IMG/VR virus record: IMGVR_UViG_3300045988_009951
Location: 1 to 30,471 of that record
Strand: one strand, 5' to 3'
DNA from: a virus
Length of the DNA stretch: 30,471 nucleotides
The notes below the pieces were generated by a model. The model was not told the origin of the DNA and ran no database searches. It saw nothing but the letters and a program-made list of their open reading frames with translations. A program made the translations under genes and the position numbers. This document shows positions 27,566 to 30,471 of this stretch, piece by piece (the stretch's first letter is position 1; each line of letters begins with the position of its first letter).

Positions 27566-27788
27566 TTTTAAACTACGTTTACAAAACAAGGCTACTCTAG
27601 TAGCTCTTATCTCAGCAATCTTTTTGATGCTGCAACAATTCGGACTTGAAATCCCGCACAATATTCAAGAGGGTGTAAATACATTTGTTGTGATTTTGGT
27701 AATCCTCGGAATTGTTACAGACCCAACCACTAAGGGTCTTGGAGACAGCGAGCAAGCCTTGGGCTACCACGAACCAAAGCAAGATTAA
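27558..27788 (+). CDS. Holin (small, phi LC3 / SPP1-holin family)
   Basis: MINFKLRLQNKATLVALISAIFLMLQQFG...VVILVILGIVTDPTTKGLGDSEQALGY matches the LC3-type holin pattern (two TM helices, DPTTKG motif). Confidence 0.85.
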   Translation: MINFKLRLQNKATLVALISAIFLMLQQFGLEIPHNIQEGVNTFVVILVILGIVTDPTTKGLGDSEQALGYHEPKQD

Positions 27789-27810
27789 TTGAACGAAGGA
27801 GATATTAACA

Positions 27811-28530
27811 ATGAGTAAAATTGAATCAAGTATTGCACGCATGCACCATCTACAATCAATTCCGGTTCATTATGACATGGGTGACCGTTACGGAAACGAC
27901 GCTGACGGCGACGGACGCATCGAATTTGACTGCTCATCAGCGGTAAGCTATGCACTCGAAATCAACTTAAATAACAACACGGAATCACTTCAACAAGCAT
28001 TGCCAGCGATTGGGTATGCGAAAGTGTTTGACGCTGTAGATGGCACATTCGATGGTCAACGTGGGGACGTTGTCATTTGGGCACCTCGTGACGGCTCAAG
28101 CTCGCTCGGTGCGTTTGGCCACGTATTGATTATGACTAGTGATAGCACAGCTATCCATTGCAATTATGGAATGGACGGTGTGACTGAAAATGATTATAAT
28201 TATATTTGGGATCTAAATGGCCGTCCTCGTGAAATTGTATTCCGTGAGAGTGGTACACCTCTTCCAGCACCAGTCCAAAGCGAATTTGAGCGTGAATTAG
28301 ATGTCAATACACGCTTAGAGAAGTCAGACAAGCCTTACTATGAAGGCACACTTACCACTGACTACTACGTTGAAGCTGGTCCTCGCATCGATAGCCAAGA
28401 CAAAGAATTTCTTCCAGCGGGCACAAGAGTCCGTGTTTATGAGAAACTAAACGGCTGGTCTCGAATCAACCACCCAGACAGCGCTCAATGGGTTGAAGAC
28501 CAGTATTTGGACGATTGCACAGATATGTAA
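27811..28530 (+). CDS. Endolysin: N-terminal Amidase_5-type peptidoglycan hydrolase plus C-terminal SH3b-like wall-binding domain
   Basis: FDCSSAVSYAL (catalytic Cys), QRGDVVIW and FGHVLIM (His) match streptococcal phage Amidase_5 lysins as recalled. The C-terminal GTRVRVYEKLNGWSRINH is SH3b-like. No signal peptide. Confidence 0.85.
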   Translation: MSKIESSIARMHHLQSIPVHYDMGDRYGNDADGDGRIEFDCSSAVSYALEINLNNNTESLQQALPAIGYAKVFDAVDGTFDGQRGDVVIWAPRDGSSSLGAFGHVLIMTSDSTAIHCNYGMDGVTENDYNYIWDLNGRPREIVFRESGTPLPAPVQSEFERELDVNTRLEKSDKPYYEGTLTTDYYVEAGPRIDSQDKEFLPAGTRVRVYEKLNGWSRINHPDSAQWVEDQYLDDCTDM

Positions 28531-28619
28531 TTAATTAGACCACGAAAAAATAAAATAACAAAAAGGAGTACATCACCTCCCCTCACACTGCAATAGGGAT
28601 ACCATGGCAGTAGTGGTCG

Positions 28620-28647
28620 AAGCCCTGGCATTTGCTGGGGCTTTTTT
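28620..28647 (+). terminator. Rho-independent terminator of the lysis operon
   Basis: AGCCCTGGC-ATTT-GCTGGGGCT (9-bp stem, two G-U) followed by T7. Confidence 0.85.
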
Positions 28648-28659
28648 TATTTGGTATAA
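28631..28659 (+). promoter_or_regulatory. Candidate promoter with a perfect extended -10 (TGGTATAAT) and weak -35 (TTGCTG, 17-bp spacer)
   Basis: TGG TATAAT at 28651-28659. The -35 candidate at 28631-28636 lies inside the 3' arm of the preceding terminator. Confidence 0.35.
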
Positions 28660-28695
28660 TAGTATTGGTTTTGAGAATAGCCTTCATAGGTAGAC

Positions 28696-28721
28696 GCCGC
28701 CCCTTTTATGGGCGGTTTTTT
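28696..28721 (+). terminator. Second rho-independent terminator
   Basis: (G)CCGCCC-CTTTTAT-GGGCGG(T) followed by TTTTTTATTTT. Confidence 0.8.
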
Positions 28722-28759
28722 ATTTTGCAAAAAAAATCTAAGTTTCTTTATCAAAAGTG

Positions 28760-28788
28760 TTGACAAACTATCATATATGATATATAAT
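28760..28788 (+). promoter_or_regulatory. Consensus sigma-70-type promoter (TTGACA-17 bp-TATAAT) with a 14-bp perfect palindrome in the spacer
   Basis: TTGACA 28760-28765, TATAAT 28783-28788. TATCATATATGATA 28769-28782 is its own reverse complement. Confidence 0.8.
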
Positions 28789-28821
28789 ATACATGTAAGA
28801 TAAAGAAAGGGAGTAAGAACC

Positions 28822-29157
28822 ATGAAAAAAGAACTTATGACAAACGCTTGGGAAATCGCAAAAGAAGCTGCTAAAAAATTTGGCGGTAAAGCTATCGAAT
28901 ACATCGCAGGAGCAATGAAAATGGCATGGGCTGCTATCAAAGATAGTGACACTAGCCTTGCTAAATTCCAAGCAGTTGAAGCTAAAATGCGTAAATCTGG
29001 TAAATGGTCAATGGTTGAAGTGCTTGATTCTGCTAAAGTGGTTAAATTCAACGAAGTAATGCACAAAGTAGGTGCTTACTACGGTATCGAAGTAGTAGCT
29101 GACGGTTCTAACATCGGTACTTACTACATTTCTGAAAAAGTTTGGGACGTAGCTTAA
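28822..29157 (+). CDS. Moron operon gene 1: unknown cytoplasmic protein (111 aa)
   Basis: AAGGGAG RBS. Codon choice dominated by GCT/GGT/CGT/TAC/ATC/GAA/AAA, as in highly expressed genes. Helical Ala/Lys-rich N-terminus (NAWEIAKEAAKKFGGKAIEYIAGAMKMAWAAIK) and a beta-rich C-terminus. No TM helix or signal peptide. No family recognised. Confidence 0.8.
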   Translation: MKKELMTNAWEIAKEAAKKFGGKAIEYIAGAMKMAWAAIKDSDTSLAKFQAVEAKMRKSGKWSMVEVLDSAKVVKFNEVMHKVGAYYGIEVVADGSNIGTYYISEKVWDVA

Positions 29158-29177
29158 TAAAAAAAGGAGAAAATAAA

Positions 29178-29441
29178 ATGACTAAATATAAACAAGGATT
29201 GAAAGAGCAGCGTGAGAGAGTACAAGCCATTCGCAATGAAGTTTTCTCAGACAAAGCAGAAAAACTAGAAACAGATCTCGTGAGAATTGCGAACGGAGAT
29301 GTTTATAAAATCATTCCACGATTTGGGACTAAATACGAAGATAGCCGAATCATCAAATTAGATCCAGAAGATGTGGAATATCACATCGAAGAAGCTCGCA
29401 AAGTTAGAGAGCTTGCGAAAATTATGGCAAGCAAGGATTAA
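29178..29441 (+). CDS. Moron operon gene 2: unknown charged protein (87 aa)
   Basis: ATG 29178 lies 8 nt after AAGGAG. The TTG at 29142 is unlikely to be the start. No TM helix or signal peptide. No family recognised. Confidence 0.75.
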   Translation: MTKYKQGLKEQRERVQAIRNEVFSDKAEKLETDLVRIANGDVYKIIPRFGTKYEDSRIIKLDPEDVEYHIEEARKVRELAKIMASKD

Positions 29442-29458
29442 AAAAGAGGAACAAAGAC

Positions 29459-30010
29459 ATGATTATCAACAACGACATCAAAGAGTTAATCTTGGAATAT
29501 GTAGGACGTTATTTCAAGTTCGAGAATGACTTCTATAAATTGCCAAACATCAAATTCACTGACGCAAACTGGCAAAAATTCAAGAACGGTGACACTTCCA
29601 TCGAAAAAATGGGAGCAGCACGGGCGAATGCCATGCTTGATTGCCTATTTGATGATTTTGAACTTGCCATGATTGGTAAGGCTCAAATTGATTACTACAT
29701 GGATAATTCTTTAAAAATGAATATGCCATTTTACGCCTATTATGATCAATTCAAAAAACAACAACTCTTAAAATGGCTTGAAAATAGCCACGATGACATC
29801 ATTGGAGGGGCTGGCAGAATGTACACGGCAAGCGGAAACTGGATTGCTAGTGCTTATTTAGAAATTGCATTAGAATCTAGTTCCATCGGGGACGGTGGCT
29901 ATATGCTTCAAATGCGTTTCAAGAACTACTCACGAGACCCTAGACCGATACCAGCAGGTCGCCAAAATCGACTTGAGTGGATTGAAAATAATTTAGAGAA
30001 TATCCGTTAA
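29459..30010 (+). CDS. Moron operon gene 3: unknown cytoplasmic protein (183 aa)
   Basis: AAGAGGAA RBS. AT-rich relative to the structural genes. No TM helix, signal peptide or catalytic motif that I recognise. Confidence 0.8.
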   Translation: MIINNDIKELILEYVGRYFKFENDFYKLPNIKFTDANWQKFKNGDTSIEKMGAARANAMLDCLFDDFELAMIGKAQIDYYMDNSLKMNMPFYAYYDQFKKQQLLKWLENSHDDIIGGAGRMYTASGNWIASAYLEIALESSSIGDGGYMLQMRFKNYSRDPRPIPAGRQNRLEWIENNLENIR

Positions 30011-30011
30011 A

Positions 30012-30035
30012 GACTAGGTTTATCCTAGCCTTTTT
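30012..30035 (+). terminator. Weak terminator-like hairpin after the moron operon
   Basis: GACTAGG-TTTAT-CCTAGCC (5 contiguous bp plus one) followed by T5. Confidence 0.45.
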
Positions 30036-30150
30036 GTGTATTCGTGATAAATCGTTAGACATTTAATTCAAATAAAGGTACACTATAGATGTACTTTTGG
30101 ACGATTACGTGCAGAATGTTTTTGTTTTTTCTATTGTCACTTGGTAGCTC

Positions 30151-30471
30151 ATGCTGCCAAGTCTTTTTTATGCTCAATCAAGAATTTTAGTATCCTTGAT
30201 TGAAATGCTGGTCGTGCTTCTCATTATCAGTATTCTCCTTTTGCTCTTTGTACCTAACTTGAGCAAGCAGAAGGATTCTGTTAAAGAGACTGGAAATGCG
30301 GCTGTGGTCAAGGTCGTGGATTCTCAAGCAGAACTTTATGAAATGAAGAATAACAAGACAGCTAGCTTAGCCTCTCTTGTTTCAGAAGGTCAAATCACGC
30401 AAAAACAGGCAGATTCATACAATGATTACTATGCGAAACATGGTGGCGAAAGCCGCTCAGTGGCCAATTAG
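30151..30471 (+). CDS. comGC: Competence pseudopilin ComGC/ComYC with its 5' end replaced by prophage-junction sequence (probably inactivated while the prophage is integrated)
   Basis: LIEMLVVLLIISILLLLFVPNLSKQKDSVKETGNAAVVKVVDSQAELY is the conserved ComGC N-terminal helix and core. The expected basic leader and the (G/A)-F-T-L prepilin cleavage site are replaced by MLPSLFYAQSRILVS. There is no Shine-Dalgarno upstream of the ATG. Confidence 0.85.
   Translation: MLPSLFYAQSRILVSLIEMLVVLLIISILLLLFVPNLSKQKDSVKETGNAAVVKVVDSQAELYEMKNNKTASLASLVSEGQITQKQADSYNDYYAKHGGESRSVAN
30174..30203. mobile_element. Candidate attR core: inverted repeat TCAATCAAG-N12-CTTGATTGA at the phage/comGC junction
   Basis: 9-bp perfect inverted repeat. 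The right arm is comGC coding sequence (L-I-E of the conserved LIEML). ComGC-like sequence is absent to the left of it. Confidence 0.5.

Larger units (their letters stand above)
1..30203 (+). mobile_element. Right-hand part of an integrated temperate siphovirus prophage (replication, late regulation, packaging, head, tail, lysis and moron modules). The left end lies outside the window and the right end is at the comGC junction.
   Basis: Uninterrupted co-linear + strand gene order typical of pac-type Streptococcus/Lactococcus siphoviruses: replisome organiser, RecT, SSB, ArpU, TerS, TerL, portal, MuF, scaffold, MCP, TMP, Dit, Tal, holins, lysin. The host gene comGC starts abruptly after an inverted repeat at 30174-30203. 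Confidence 0.9.

Noticed and set aside
28678-28687. 10-nt complementarity between the candidate sRNA (GCCTTCATAG) and the lysin coding region (CTATGAAGGC at 28338-28347)
   Set aside because: A 10-mer match between a ~50-nt query and 30 kb of sequence is expected by chance about once, so it is not evidence of targeting without conservation data.
28647-29066. 139-aa minus-strand ORF (and the nested 28771-28971 ORF) antisense to the first moron gene and its promoter
   Set aside because: The ORF runs through two + strand terminators and the consensus promoter, and has no Shine-Dalgarno. The + strand gene has a strong RBS, a promoter and strongly biased codon usage. It is most likely an antisense shadow of a GCT/AAA-rich gene.
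30078-30094. Small hairpin GTACA-N7-TGTAC followed by TTTT in the phage arm next to attR
   Set aside because: It has only 5 bp, is AT-rich, and lies in a region already closed by a terminator. It could be an integrase or excisionase arm site, but nothing in the sequence alone supports that.
1-30471. Search for CRISPR arrays, IS/transposase genes, rRNA, integrase, repressor/cro switch, and toxin/superantigen/DNase/paratox-type virulence genes
   Set aside because: No regularly spaced direct repeats with unique spacers were seen, and no DDE/transposase or tyrosine/serine recombinase motifs appear in any listed ORF. The lysogeny module is presumably upstream of the window. The post-lysin genes do not resemble the streptococcal phage toxins or paratox as I recall them.

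Overview
The window holds the right-hand ~30 kb of an integrated temperate siphovirus of the Streptococcus type. This is inferred from gene content, motifs and the flanking host gene. No database search was possible, so all family names rest on motifs I recognise in the translated ORFs. Every credible gene is on the + strand and tightly packed. The modules run in this order. (1) 1-650: 3' end of an LPXTG surface-protein gene, translationally coupled to a small early gene. (2) 724-7896: replication and recombination genes (replisome organiser with internal ori-like iterons, DnaC/DnaI-like loader, RecT, DUF1351-like protein, SSB, RusA-like protein, MazG-like protein, YopX, several unknowns). (3) 7894-8800: a regulatory gap containing a tRNA-like minihelix, a long-range inverted repeat, an ArpU-family late regulator, and a promoter-plus-terminator leader. 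(4) 8798-17509: packaging and head/tail genes (TerS, PBSX-type TerL, SPP1-type portal, MuF/gp7, scaffold, major capsid, connectors, major tail protein, and a chaperone pair arranged for a -1 frameshift). (5) 17509-26310: tape measure protein, Dit, and a 1659-aa Tal/receptor-binding protein with repeats. (6) 26324-28530: two small unknowns, two holins, and an Amidase_5 + SH3b endolysin. (7) 28531-30035: two tandem terminators, then an insulated three-gene operon of unrecognisable cytoplasmic proteins driven by a consensus promoter with a palindromic operator. (8) ~30174-30203: an attR-like junction inside the 5' end of the competence pseudopilin gene comGC, which runs to the end of the window. 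The three-gene moron operon and the comGC insertion are the most interesting items. No rRNA, complete tRNA, CRISPR array or transposase was found.
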